A stretch of 64,000 nt of DNA from Azolla caroliniana (Eukaryota; Plantae; Polypodiophyta), in NCBI GenBank assembly GCA_043228905.1, contig JBHGNT010000006.1, forward strand, positions 1,798,001-1,862,000. The letters run 5' to 3'. A program made the position numbers and the translations under genes. Positions 26,125-49,638 of this stretch are shown here, in pieces; position 1 is the stretch's first letter; each line of letters opens with the position of its first letter. The notes below the pieces were generated by a model that saw nothing but the letters and a program-made list of their open reading frames with translations, did not search any database and was not told the DNA's origin.

Positions 26125-29100
26125 AATATGAGTGGAGTGCCTTTGTAATGTAACAACAAGTCGACATTATTAATGCCAAAGATTGATTGAAAGATAGAGC
26201 AATGGTAAAGACTGTCACCTTTTGACAACCAATGTGTTCGATCGATCACGATTGGCCATCCAATTCATTGTAACACTCGCAGATCCATCCATCCATCATT
26301 GCCCTTGACATGAGAACTGTCAACAACATTTCTTTCCCTTTTGCAAGTGGAGTCGATGCAACCCACATGTTTGCCCATGGGTAGTGTGTCAATCATCTAC
26401 CTTGAGATGAGGATTCTTGGGAGCATGCTTTCTGTTTGCGGTCGGATTAGTGCAACAGTCCTGTTGAATATCTGTTGTGTGTGTGCTCGATCAATCATCA
26501 ACATGTAACGTAAATCATATATCATGGAGAGTGGGAAATGCAAAGTGTGTGCTTTCAATGGGTCTCAATGCACAAACTCGAGCAAACATCGTCCTTTGTA
26601 TACGATTGATCTTGATGTGAAAATTTAGAGAGAATTAGACATAGGTACATATATTTTGGCATATATCATTTTTGTGTGATCAATCGATTATCAATGTTTG
26701 ATGTAAAACCATTTATCTTAGAGAGCCAGCTTTCTTTCTGTCTCCATACAAAAACTCGAGTGAAACTCATATGCATTTGATTAATCAGCAACACATAACG
26801 TAAATCATCAAGCTTCATGCATTATATCACATAATCTATGACATTTACTTGTCTCCCCCCCCCCCCCCCCCCACACACACACACAAAAAAGCACTTCATT
26901 TTTTTATGTTGTCATGCCATACCATCTCAACAAGCTCCAATTTTCATCGTTTTGATCCCTCATAAGTAATTGTGAAGGGTAGAGTTTTGCTTCGAGAACA
27001 TCTCATATATTATTGAAGCTTACTTGTGTAATGGTAAAGTTGGTGTCTATGACCATAGGTAACCTTGGCAAGTTGTGTCCTCAAGGAGATGTTTGATGTT
27101 ATGCTTGTTAAATAGCATTCAACTAATGTACTAACACTAACCATACTTTTGCTGCTCAAGGTTGCCTTAAATTAATTAAATATAGGCTTTTGTGAAATGA
27201 TTACAATGTTTTAAAGAAGTGGCTTAAATATACAATTTCACTTTTGGCAACCAGAGAGAGATTACAGTGTAATTTGAAAAGACATAACATGCTAAAAGAA
27301 GACTATAAAAACAACAATTATATGATGTACGTAATGAGCAAATGCAAGTGCATGAGCATAAAAATACGCATCTATTATGAATTATTTTAGATACAAGCAT
27401 TCACATAGATGCATTCAATGTGTACAAACATAGACCCACTTATTTCAGTGCATACAAACACAATACAAAATTCACTGGATGATAAATCAATTATTATCAG
27501 CACATCGTGATAAAAACACTTTTCTGATATACATAATGAGCAAGTGTTAGGTGTTTGTTGTACTCTTGACCATCTACGCTTCTCAGGAACGAACATTGAC
27601 ATCATCGTGGATAAACAACATTATGAGACAAAATATGTAGATCCTATGAAAGAGTCTTGTGACCCATAATGTGAAAGATGACAACGAAAATGGCTTAAAT
27701 GTAATGGAAGTATAAAAACACCAACTTTTTGGTTTTTTCCACTTATTCTTCTCTTTCATAACTTAGACTCGAGTCTCTCTCCTAACTATCATGACACTAC
27801 AAAATCTCATACATTTTAGGGGGACTTGAACCCATACCCTCCATTTTACATATATTTTATATATTCAAATGTGGAGATGATGGCAACTAACTCTTTGTCA
27901 TATATAGGATAACTCACATATGGTGTCAATTGTCGTGATCATCTAATTGGGATATAATGATGCCTAAAGCAAAGTCATATATATGAGTTTTCATGATGAA
28001 CAATTTTGTCATATCGACGTGCATGAGAACAATAGATGTGTTGGATTCTTTCTTGAGTTTGCCTAATGTTTTTGTGCATCTAGAATCCACTAGAACACTC
28101 GATATTTGCTAGTGAGAGAAATTATCAATTGAGAGAGAATGGAGAACGCAAATATGAACTAGCATACACATTTTGGAGACGCCTTGTTGCATGAAACAAA
28201 ACATGTCATCTTATAGATGTCGACCAAAGGCAAATGTGCGACGTGATCGACTAATTTTTGAGACTTGCATTTGAATAGGGGTTGGAATTGGTTAAAGGAT
28301 ACCATTTCAAGGATGTTGGGGCACTCTCAAGTGGGCACGTTTATCATGTATCTTCACATGTTCTTCAAAAAATAATCCATGATGCGGACACCAACAGTTC
28401 CGCGATGCTAGTTCTAGAGTTTTTGAACACTTTTTTTATTCCCAAAAAATATCCTCCATTGGTATTAAACTTAAAATGGCCAAAGGCAATATACAAAATA
28501 GTCCACTATTACAATGAATATTGCAACATATTTTACTCGAAAACTCTTGAACACTCATGTAGTTGCAGCAATCTAGCCACATTTAACATCCATATCAAGC
28601 AAGGAATTACCACCAACAACATTGGTTTAAAAAAAAAAACCCGCTTTTTCCAAGCTGAATATGGATGTTAAGTGCTCAACCATTGCATTATCACAACATT
28701 TTGATGATATCTTGAGGGAACGGTCCATCCGAGATGTAGATCAACCTATTTTGGAAGAGGATCCTTTTTCAAACGTGAATCGATTAATATTACAATGCCT
28801 TGTTTTCTTCTTGGAACTTGTGATTTCTTCCTTAGCCTCTTTCGCCAATCATTGGAGGTTTTTGTTGTCACATGTTCATCTATTATTGACCCATCCATCA
28901 GGAATGTGTAAATTGTGCATGACTTGACACGAATGGGTTTTAAAAAGGCAGTGAATTTGTTGGCTATAGGCCTTGTTCCCTGCTGAAGTTCAAACTTTGC
29001 ACACCAAGAAAGACCATATGCTTTCTCATGTTAAGAGCTTTACAAAAAAGAAAATTCAAAACTGTAGTCAGTTATGAAATTGGACCAATGGATATTGTTG

Positions 29101-31846
29101 ATGATTTAGGTCATGGTACAATTGGTGGGGATGGACACCAAGTGGCTGACATGCATGACCATGTATTCTACAAAGATAATACATTCTCTCGTAAGAACCA
29201 TTCCTATTCAAACTTTCATAGATGAAAGCCAAAACTAGATTGAATTGGAAAAGAGAGTATGAAGTAATAAAAATAAAAGGGATTTATATCATGAAAGAGG
29301 GGCAACAATCATATTTCAAATGAATGAATGAATTGCTTGAGCTCCTCCAAATTTATGGTAAACTATCTTTGGGCTACCTTCCATGAACTAATGGTCAAAC
29401 TAAACGTGGCAATCAAACTACCAAGCAATATCCTCGTTGTTTCATCGACTACCAGAATATGTTGGGGTTCACTTCTCTACAAATTTTGGAGTTTGTGGGA
29501 AATATATTTGTTCATTTGTCAATAGGATATTCTCTGTTATTTGTAAGAAGACATTATTTTTGGAGAAAGATCAATCATCCTAAGTCTGCAAAAATCATAT
29601 CAAAATTATCGGCTTCAAATCCAAGGCACCCTTTCTTTCTAGGCAAGAAGGTTGCAAATCGTCATTGACCCAACTCATAAACAGAAAACCCATCGTTTGC
29701 AAATTGTCATCGTCAAAACCCATAAACAGAAAACATTAAATTCACTTCCTTCTCCATCTCCACAAAAGGCCAACCACACATTGAAATTTTACTTCAACTT
29801 TCAACACGACATTGTTTATGAGGTTCGTAAAGAGCCTTGTACATCTTTACGAGCATATGAGCATCATTTGAACACATGTTGGAGCTCACTAACTCAAACC
29901 GATTCATGTTCGTGGATGCTCTTCAACTCTTGTTTTTTCTAGAGCTTCTCATAAAGCTAAAAGTTAGAAAAACGGTGGTGGTGTGGGTAGATACTCGGTG
30001 GCAGTTAGTTAACATGGTTGGACTGGATCGACTAGTATGAGAGGCATTAGAGCTTCTTATATGCATGTATGGAAGTAAAGAGTTGGGAAGATGTCAACAA
30101 TTGGTAAGTGGCATCATGTGTGGTGTGGTATGAGGTAGTTCGAGCAGAAGCGCATCACGATCTGTGCCAAGCAGGAAGGTGATCTATCGATATGGTGGAG
30201 GAGCAACGACGTTCGGCCAACGTGGAGCGTGTGAACACGGCCAAAGACCATATATATTTTATGCCCATACATACATACATATAATATACATACATACATA
30301 CATACATACATACGCGACGTGTCTATTATGACACAAATCATAAAGACGGTTGGTGAGGGAAACTTGGCCATAGACGATGTAGGTTGCTTAGAGAAAGCGT
30401 GTACGATCTACACCGTCGAATTTCGATAAGGAAGAAGGCGCGAAAAATAAAGTTGTGCTGAGGTCGCCCAACCTTGTCAGAGGTTGCCCAACCGAAATAT
30501 ATTTTTAAAAGGGTTGCCCAACCATCTCAATAAAAGATGCAGGTCGCCCAACCATTTATTTTTAAAATAGTTGGGTGACTAGTTTAAGCAAGTTGCCCAA
30601 CTGCTTTAGGGTTTATATTGAGTTGGTCACCCAGCCAACTCAATAAAAGATGCAGGTTGCCCAACCGATGACTATAAAAGCTTGAAACCTGTCATTATCT
30701 CTCATATTTTCAAACGAGATTGACAGGTTTCTTTTGCCGGTAAAGAGTTGGGCGTCATGCGGCCTGCAATCGATATACACAACAATCAATCTCCTCCATC
30801 ACTATTCCTAGGTATGTACTAAACCCTATTACATGACTTTTTATGTTTTTTTTACATGTGGTAGGAATAGTTGAGGGATTAGGGTTTGGAGTAGTTGAGG
30901 AATTTTGTTTCTTGTTGAGGGATTACAATGATAAGTAGGTTGAGTTGGTCACCCAACCAACTCAATAAAAGTTTATTCAATCATCTTTCTTTTTCATGTT
31001 TGTTTTTACAATAATCTCTCTCTTCTTAGCTGAAATATCTCTCTTTTTTTCATGTACTTCTACAACAAATTTTGTATTCATAAATCTCTAATTTGTTTTT
31101 GTTTATGTATTACTTTGTACACAATCTCAAGCATTCTGTATCATAATATTTTCTATTGTATTTCTTTATAAATCTCTAATTTGTTTTTGTTTATGTATTA
31201 CTTTGTACACAATCTCAAGCATTCTGTATCAGAATATTGAGAGGATTCCAGGAAAAACAGGGATATTAACAATCTCTCCGTTCTTCACATTATGTTTGTA
31301 ATAATATTTCTTGTCTTTCCATAATAATCTTTCTTTTCCATGTATGCGTTTTATGCACAATTAAATGGGTTTTCATCACATCGGGGTACAATATCCATCA
31401 TCCCTGATGTGGGCTATGATGATGATTTTTGCTTGTTTTTTGGGATTCGGTTTGCATTGCTAGAAACTTAGGTTATAGCTGAAATTATAGAAAAATACTA
31501 GCCATTTTTGGGGGGATTTTGGGTTTCATTCGACATTGTTATAACTTAGACAAATGTTGAAATTCGAATTAATGTAAAACTATTCACCTTTAGGGACTAG
31601 GGCCTCATCCAACACAAACTTAATCATGTAAAAAGTACTCATTTTATAGGACATTGGGATTTGAGTCTCATTCATACTTAATCTAATTATTGCAACATGA
31701 TAAGTAAGATATAACATATGGGGAGATTTGGAAGTGAGGGATTAGGGTTTAGGGTTTAGGGTTTAATGATTTGCTTGCTTAAACTTAATATTGTGTGTGT
31801 TTGAGTATTAAATTCAAAAAATGTTTGATTACTTGAATGGTGGTAG

Positions 31847-32914
31847 ATGGCTTCCAAGTCCAAGTACAAAGATTGGTGGGATTTCGATAACAATGACATA
31901 TATCAAACTCAAGAGCAGTATGTCACGAACCAATCTACCCTAATACTGGTTTAGGGTTTGATGCATGTATGTTGACTCGTGATTTGCTAAAGGGTCTTTG
32001 TTAGAAGACATTGGCGAAGTTCGTCAACCGACATGTGTACGAGTGGGGACAGAATGGATCAGAAACATGCACCTCAGATCGAGCCCATACATGCCATGGC
32101 AACATTCGACCAAGATGCTCCTCCAAATGGTATGTGGATTTGGTGTCGTTGCAATATGTCAATCTTTATGCCAATCTTAAATATATAACACATACATAAG
32201 GAACAGATGCTCCTCGCCCAGACTCATTGTATAAGGTTGGAAGAGATGCAAATGGGAACAAGGCATGTGCGTGTATCTATACTGAGTATTGCCGCCTCTC
32301 GCCAAGGTGGTATCGCAAAAAAGTGACATGGAATCACATTTACATAGGGAACATGGAATAGACATAATCCTACCACGAGGGATGCGTAGAAAGGAGGAGG
32401 AGGGTATTTCGGGGGCATGCTTTAATAGCTATGAGAGTCAAAGATCACTCAAAAGATTCATGGACCTTGAAATAAAGTACAACAGAAATCAGCAAACATA
32501 TATCCGGAAGTTGAAGGTTAGGGTTGTTTCGAGGTACAACTCTATTCTTGCTGAACTCCGTCTTGACATAGAGGTAGAGTTCGTGGCGCGATTTATGGAC
32601 AACGAAATGGTCGACATCACGTATTGCACATCCCACTCAGCCAAATTGTTGGGATTGTGGCTTTTACGTGATGAAGAGTATCCAAATGCTGGTGGGGGAG
32701 TTCTTACAAGGATGGATATCTTCGACTTTTGTAAGTGTAATTGCAATGCCTTATTCATGTGGATTGTGTATAGATGTGTTCTTATACATATTTGGTGACA
32801 AGGCATTGAGATGTGGTTCACCAAACGCGAAGTGGATTCACTTCAGATTCATGTGTAGGAGTGGGCACGAAGGGTACTAGGATTTGCACTTGTGACCGAT
32901 GGTTCCATATTGTA
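31847..32914 (+). pseudogene. Spliced accessory gene of unknown function inside the MULE (decayed, possible degenerate C2H2 finger)
   Basis: Exons 31847-31917, 32005-32129 and 32236-~32914 join in frame across two GT-AG introns: MASKSKYKDWWDFDNND.../RHWRSSSTDMC...DAPPN/GWKRCKWEQGMCVYLY*VLPPLAKVVSQKSDMESHLHREHGI...; three in-frame stops (TGA, TGA, TAG) before a final TAA; probable 5'UTR intron 30812-31846. Confidence 0.6.
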
Positions 32915-33069
32915 AATTTTGTGAATGTTGTTTTCAACACAGATTTTGCTATAGAGCTGATGTTGTAACTATATTTTGGAATCCACACAAATTTTGTATA
33001 GCGAGAATCGACTCATTGTATATCACGATTACTTATTAATGGAAATGTTGTTTACAACAAGTGTTTATC

Positions 33070-33300
33070 TCAAGTTGATTTGTTGTTTTAAACCAATCAC
33101 AAGTTGTGATCTAAAGTTGATTTGTTGTTTTAAACCAATCTAAGTTGTGAGCTAAAGTTGATTTGTTGTTTTAAACCAATCTAAGTTGTGATCTAAAGTT
33201 GATTTGTTGTTTTAAAAGTTTCTCAAGTTGTGATCTCCAATAGATTTGATGTTTTAACCAATCTCAAGTTGGTTTGTTGTTTTAAACCAATCTCAAATGT
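33070..33300. repeat. 41-42-bp tandem repeat inside the MULE
   Basis: aagttgatttgttgttttaaaccaatctaagttgtgatcta starts at 33072, 33114, 33155 and 33196, with degenerate copies following. Confidence 0.9.
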
Positions 33301-33412
33301 AAACCAATTGATTCGCGAAAAAGCTAATCTCTTCGAAAGAGCTTATTTGAAAAAGTTGTTTTAAACCAATCTATCTCCCAACCCTTGTAAAAAACATCAA
33401 TGGGAATAAACC

Positions 33413-33710
33413 AAGTTGCCCAAACCTTTAAAATTAATTCTCTTTTGATATGGTCACCTAACCAGGTTGCCCAAACCTCTTAAAATTAATTCTCTTTTAA
33501 TATGGTCACCTAACCAGGTTGCCCAAACCTCTTAAAATTAATTCTCTTTTAATATGGTCACCCAACTAGGTTGCCCAAACCTCTTAAAATTAATTCTCTT
33601 TTAATATGATCACCCAACCAGGTTGCCCAAACCTCTTAAAATTAATTCTATGTTGATATGATCACCCAACCAGGTTGCCCAAACCTCATAATCCAGGTCG
33701 CCCAACCTAT
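33413..33710. repeat. 52-bp tandem repeat carrying the MULE subterminal motif GGTYRCCCAA
   Basis: aggttgcccaaacctc at 33464, 33516, 33568, 33620 and 33672 (period 52); each unit also has ggtcacc(c/t)aacc or gatcacccaacc. Confidence 0.95.
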
Positions 33711-33829
33711 TACCTAAACGGCCAAAAAACCGGTCATATTAATATGTAAATTAATCACATTTTAAGTCACATTAAACCCTTCACCATCATTTTAATTAGA
33801 GTTGATTCCATCTCCAATCAATTACCTTT

Positions 33830-34062
33830 TAAGATCAGATTCAATTAATCACATTCTCTGTCTTAATCAAGTTCTTATAATCACATTCTCTATCTTAATC
33901 ACGTTCTTATAATCACATTCTCTATCTTAATTAGGTTCAATTAATTACATTCTCTAGCTTAATCAGATTCTTATAATCATCGTCTCTATCTTAATCATAA
34001 TCATTGTCTTAATCAAATTCCCTTAATCACATTCTCTAGTTAAATTACCTCTGATTAATCAC
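33830..34062. repeat. ~29-bp degenerate tandem repeat (taatcacattctctatcttaatca...) inside the MULE
   Basis: taatcacattctct at ~33847, 33878 and 33910, with further degenerate copies at ~33943 and 34024. Confidence 0.8.
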
Positions 34063-34078
34063 TACTAGAAAACCAAGT

Positions 34079-36345
34079 TGTCGAGATGAATCCAAATGAA
34101 ATAGATTTCATCACGTCCTTGTATGATTCTGAGGATGGTTATGCATCACCATGCTCCGCAACCATCGACGAAGACTTGGATTCGTCTACATCCGAAGACT
34201 ATGAGTCGGCTTCATCCATGTTGACCGGCAAAGACTTAAAAGCCGGATAAAGTCCATAATGGGAAAGGGATAATTATTTTAGAACCAGGAGTAGTTATCT
34301 ATAATATTTTGAGAAGCAAACGGACAGACCCGGAATCGGTATGCCGATCAAGATCCAGACCGGTTCGTGGCCAGTTGCCGATTAGCACCGGTTTGTAACC
34401 AGAGTCGGTGACCTATGAAAGGACCCGGTTAGATTGTAATCAAATAACGGTTAATTAATGAAAGTGTTGTTGTTCTACATCTTGTTTAATCTTTGAAGCT
34501 TTAGTAAATTACCGTTTTGTGCTTAATAGAATCTATCTTACGCGTGTATTATGATCATTAACCACGCTGGTTAGGAATACGTTTGTATCACGGTCTATGC
34601 CTACCCCACTTGCACCACCCCTTTGGTGAAGTGTCCTAGAGGGACACCCTGTGTTAGGGCTAGTCTTGCCCCGAGGAGTAACACAATTTTTGGCGACCAT
34701 GATTCCTGCTCAAGCACAGTGAACAACGAGGGGCATGGATGACTAGACCAACAAACGACCCAGTAACGGAGCAAGCGAGACGACTCACTGAAAGACTGCG
34801 GAAGCACGAAGCGTACCACCAGACGGTAGAAGAAATCCGCGCGGATCGATCCTTTTCAAAGGTGATCCGGCGAGTGGCCACGGAGTCACTCTGTTTGCAG
34901 CAAAATTCTCATCCAGACGAAGGAAGTAGTTTAAGTAGTTTGAAGGAAGAGGAATCCATCCTGCAGGCATTAGCAGCGGGAGAAGGTGATTCGGAACCAT
35001 TTTCGGCATTTGAATCGGATTTGGACGACGAGTACAGTGCACATTCGAATTACCGCAGCAATCACGACACCCCGAACAGACCGGAGGACCAGGAATAAGA
35101 TAATATACCGACACCAGAACCGACGATAACAGAACTGGAAGCTTTAGGAAGGCACGAGGCGAATCAACCTCCAACACCGCCACGTGAGCCTTTGAAGGAG
35201 GAGGAGGGAAGACCTTCAACGCCGAAAAAAGAGGAGGAAAGTCCTCTGACATCGCCTCCAAAAAAGAGGAGGAAAGATCTCTGACACCGCCTCCGAGAAA
35301 AGAGGAGGAAAAATCTCTAACACCGCCTCCAACAGAAGAGGAGGAGAGACTTCCGTCACCACCAGCTCGAGTTCTGACACCGGACGATGATATGCCGTTC
35401 CAATATCCCAGGTACCGGGATGATCCGGATGCGGAAGCCCATGTGTATGAATTTCTACAAACATGGGAAACAAACCATGTGTCGTAACGCTTAAACGCCA
35501 CCAAAGCAGAACGATCGAAGATTGTAGGGTTCGGCATGACTTTGGAAGGACCAGCCGTGCGATGGCGCTTGACGCACCTTCCCGGCACCATCACTACGTT
35601 TGAGGACTTGAAAACCAGATTTTTACAATTCTTCCACAAGGAGGTGGATCAACGAGAGATGGTCAGCCTATTCTACACCATACGGTAGGAACCTACGGAA
35701 ACCAGCAATTCGTAATCCGGTTCCAGCGGATGCACAACCAGCTAAGTTGGGCACCACCGGAAGCAAAAGCTAAAGCAATATTCCTAGCAACACTCTGTGA
35801 ACCCCTACGTACGGTGTGCGCAGTCATTGATTTTCACACCAGCATGATTGACCAGGTCATAGACCGGATCGGGTCAAGGAGATGGAGAAAACAATCTCGT
35901 GGCTAACAATGGGGGCACTCCAATGTGCATTACCGACAGAAGAAGACCTACGTTTTCGGCAAGCTATACAATGTACGACTTGTCTCAATGTCGGGCACTC
36001 TGCAATAGAATGTACCATGCAATCACAATGCATGTTATGCCATTCTAGGTCGCACACAATGGACCGATGTGAATATAACTTACTGAACTAGCAAGCGGCA
36101 CCAGTAAGACAAATCAATACCCGCAGCGACCGGGAAGAGGAAGAAGAACATTGGCATCGAGACGAGTGTTACCGGCCAGTACAGGATGTCCGGTATAGCG
36201 ACAGAAGGGACACTTATGATCGGGACCGATATGACAGGTACTGGGATTATAATGGTGACCGTTCTGATCGCAATCACTCTCCTAGTTACAACCGGAGGAG
36301 AGAGGATCAACGCGGGGATTACGAAGAAAGCATTCATCTCGACGT
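34079..36345 (+). mobile_element. Truncated Ty3/gypsy retrotransposon nested in the MULE: 5' LTR, PBS and decayed gag
   Basis: TG at 34079 and CA at 34684-34685 followed by atttt-TGGCGACCA (PBS-like). Gag-like FQYPRYRDDPDAEAHVYEFLQTW...TLEGPAVRW...TFEDLKTRFLQFF and two CCHC knuckles CTTCLNVGHSAIEC and CMLCHSRSHTMDRC; no pol or 3' LTR. The LTR start is tentative. Confidence 0.8.
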
Positions 36346-38253
36346 AGAAAGCATTCGTCTCGATGTGGGTGTACTTTTCATGTGAACACTCGAATGAATG
36401 GCGGGGTTGACCATGGGACAATGACCCTTTCAATATATGGACCTCATACGGGTCATGTACTGGGAAGTAGACCATATGTGTACTATTTGCCAGTGGCCCC
36501 AAATGTTATAAGTTGTTGTAGAGATGACCTTTTTGATGTTGGTTGCGCACGACATGTGGCACGAATGAGCATGCGTAAGGAAGCATATCATAAGTCCAAG
36601 GCTAGTCCATTAGACCTTGTGAGTTATAAGTTCTTTATGATACCAAAGGAGGTCAATAACATGGCCAACAAGTTAAAATTTGGGAGTGCCATGTCAGGGG
36701 TTGATTGGTCTTTGATGATGCACGATGCCTATGCCCTCCGAGATCTTGGGAAGGTGGCTCATGTCCAACCCTACTTGCTTGGTGAATATGGATCTCCCGC
36801 AAGGCAATCGTTCATCTTGGTGCTCCAAGATGAATGGATGTTAGAGATGTGTGAGCAATTGTCAATAAACAACTCTTGGGCAATCGACTCCACGTTTAAA
36901 ACAAACCAATTTGGCTTGCCATTATATGCAGTTGTGGCCCCAAATGCCATGGGAGTTGGTATCCCATTATGGTACATGATATGTAGTTCTGATAAGGGGT
37001 CTAACCATGAGCAAGTAGCTTTAGAAACTTGCTTGAGAGTCATATTCGCACGGATGCCCAATGTGAGGCCAAATGCCATAGTCATCGATAAAAGTTGGAC
37101 ATCATATAATGCCATAAGTAATGTGGTTGCAATAGACCGATTATCTTGGATAGTTACAAATGGGCAAAGGTCGCAAACACATTGTCGACTTTTGTTGTGT
37201 CACTTCCACGTAAAAAAAACATGGTTGGACAACTTGTTGCCAAAGGTAAGTGCAACTGAGAGAAACCATCTTTATAATTGGATGTGCCAACTCGTGCAAT
37301 GCATTACGGAATCCACATTCAATGCCCAATGTGAGGAATTAAAGGTAGAATATGCAAACAAGCCAGGTGTTTGGCAATATATAGAAGGAGGATGGTGTGG
37401 CTTGACATGTGTGTCGAGGAAATTGTGGCCCAAATTTGGTAGAATGTTCAACTACGGACATGTTGACACTACCAATCTTGTGGAGAGACATTGGCAGTTT
37501 ATCAAATATACAACCTTAAGAGGGAGGATAAACTGATCAATTACCGATATTGTGCATGTTTTAATCGGGGACAATCAAATTGGCACTTGCATCGGGGGTA
37601 CTGTTATTGAATGGTACAAGCAACAACAATAAATATGTGAGAGTGGTAGATTTGCACCACTTGCAAATTGTAGGGATCAAACAACGAGACTTAAAGAGGC
37701 CGAAAGGATACTAGAGAGGTATGAAACTAATGATGCGACAATGCATATTGTGGACGAGCCCCGATATTGGTTAAAAATATTGAGCTTGACAAAACCGAAT
37801 GTATGGTATAATGTATCGCTCCAATGTTCATATCGTGATTGCCAAGACCCTATGAGTAAATGTAAGCATATACTCGGCATCAGGATGATTATTGAGAGGC
37901 ACATGCCACATCTAAGTGGGTTGTTGCCTTTTATAGATCATACAACCCGTATGCGCAATGACCATTTCAAAGAGACAGAAGTGGAGACAGAGGTAGAACC
38001 AGTCGAGGAGACAAACCCTATAACATCACAAATGGAGGAATGAGAGTTGAAAATACAAACGGTTGAGGAGGCTATTCAATGTCTTAGGCAAGGGTTACGA
38101 TCCCTCGACTGTGCAACAATTTTGGCATGTATGGAGTCCATTGAAGAAATAGGTCAGACGTTGGTGTATCACCTAGGTGCACCGAAACCAACCAATGAAG
38201 AAGACCATGGATCCATAGGGTGTAAGCAAGCAATTGGTGCAAAAATAGCTTGA
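36346..38253 (+). pseudogene. MULE (Mutator-family) transposase with SWIM zinc finger, 5'-truncated, with in-frame stops
   Basis: SSRCGCTF...HTGH zinc motif; WAIDSTFKTNQFGLPLY (first D), PNAIVIDKS (second D), LLCHFHV (CxxH), TTNLVERHWQFIK (E); SWIM-like CSYRDC...CKHILG; stops at 37534, 37629 and 38041. Confidence 0.9.
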
Positions 38254-38746
38254 ATGGTTTTGTGGACCGGTGCATTTGGGTTTACAATGTTTCAAGTGGA
38301 TTTATGTTGATTTATGAGTGCATTTGGGAGTATGTCATATGTTGATTTATGTTTTAACATAAGTATGGTAAAGATCGTCGATTTTGAATCATTTAAGGTT
38401 GGATTTTGTGAGTGTTTGATATGTTATTGTAAGTTTTAAGGGTAATGAACAAGCTTATTTGAAGATTTTGGTCGAAATGATACATTTGGTTGGGCAACCT
38501 ACAACGGTTGGGCGACCAATCGGTTGGGCAACCTGCAAATGTTAAAGTTGGGTGACCTAAAACGGTTGGGTGACTTGCAACAGTCAGAGTTGGGCGACCT
38601 CTGACAACTTTTTTTTCCGCGCGTTCTTCCTTATCGAAATCTGACGGTGCAGATCGCATGCGCCTTCCTCTAAGCGACCTGCACCGTCTGTGGCCGCGAT
38701 TCCCTCGCCAACCCTCTTTATGATTTGATGCAGAATTGACACGAGC

Positions 38747-38806
38747 ATACATACGTACGTACATACATACATACATACATACATACATACATACATACAT
38801 ACATAC
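38747..38806. repeat. (ATAC)n microsatellite flanking the right MULE end (mirrors 30267-30313 on the left)
   Basis: Direct reading. Confidence 0.95.
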
Positions 38807-38894
38807 GTATATTAAGAGTCTCCTCCATCGCTGCCATTGCCTTCACTTCCACGTTGGATCTGAGTCGACAGCGGCTGCAGAAGAAGAAGAAGAA

Positions 38895-38926
<32 letters not shown>

Positions 38927-38996
38927 CTAAGCAGAAGAAAGGAGGAGACGAACGAAGAGGAAAAGCATAGATTCATCGAGGCCCTATCCTCCCGCC

Positions 38997-49638
<10,642 letters not shown>

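Larger units (their letters stand above)
30314..38746 (+). mobile_element. Mutator-like DNA transposon (MULE), ~8.4 kb, with ~165-bp TIRs, inserted in (ATAC)n
   Basis: Left end gcgacgtgtctattatgacacaaatcataaagacggttggtgaggga...tttcgataaggaagaa...aggtcgcccaac matches the reverse complement of 38581-38746; flanked on both sides by ATACATAC; internal MULE transposase. Confidence 0.9.

Noticed and set aside
25872-26249. ORFs with YIHT/CMYV repeats (also near 30114, 38393-38930, 59714)
   Set aside because: Artefacts of (ATAC)n/(TATG)n microsatellites
31741-31764. (TTTAGGG)3 run (also 61957-61978) as a telomere-healing scar
   Set aside because: Too short; such interstitial telo-box runs are common in plant promoters and introns
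33070-33710. 41-bp and 52-bp arrays as CRISPR-like
   Set aside because: Head-to-tail near-identical units without spacers, inside a transposon
34739-38253. Functional Gag-transposase fusion protein
   Set aside because: Frames differ at the junction and both parts have stops or frameshifts
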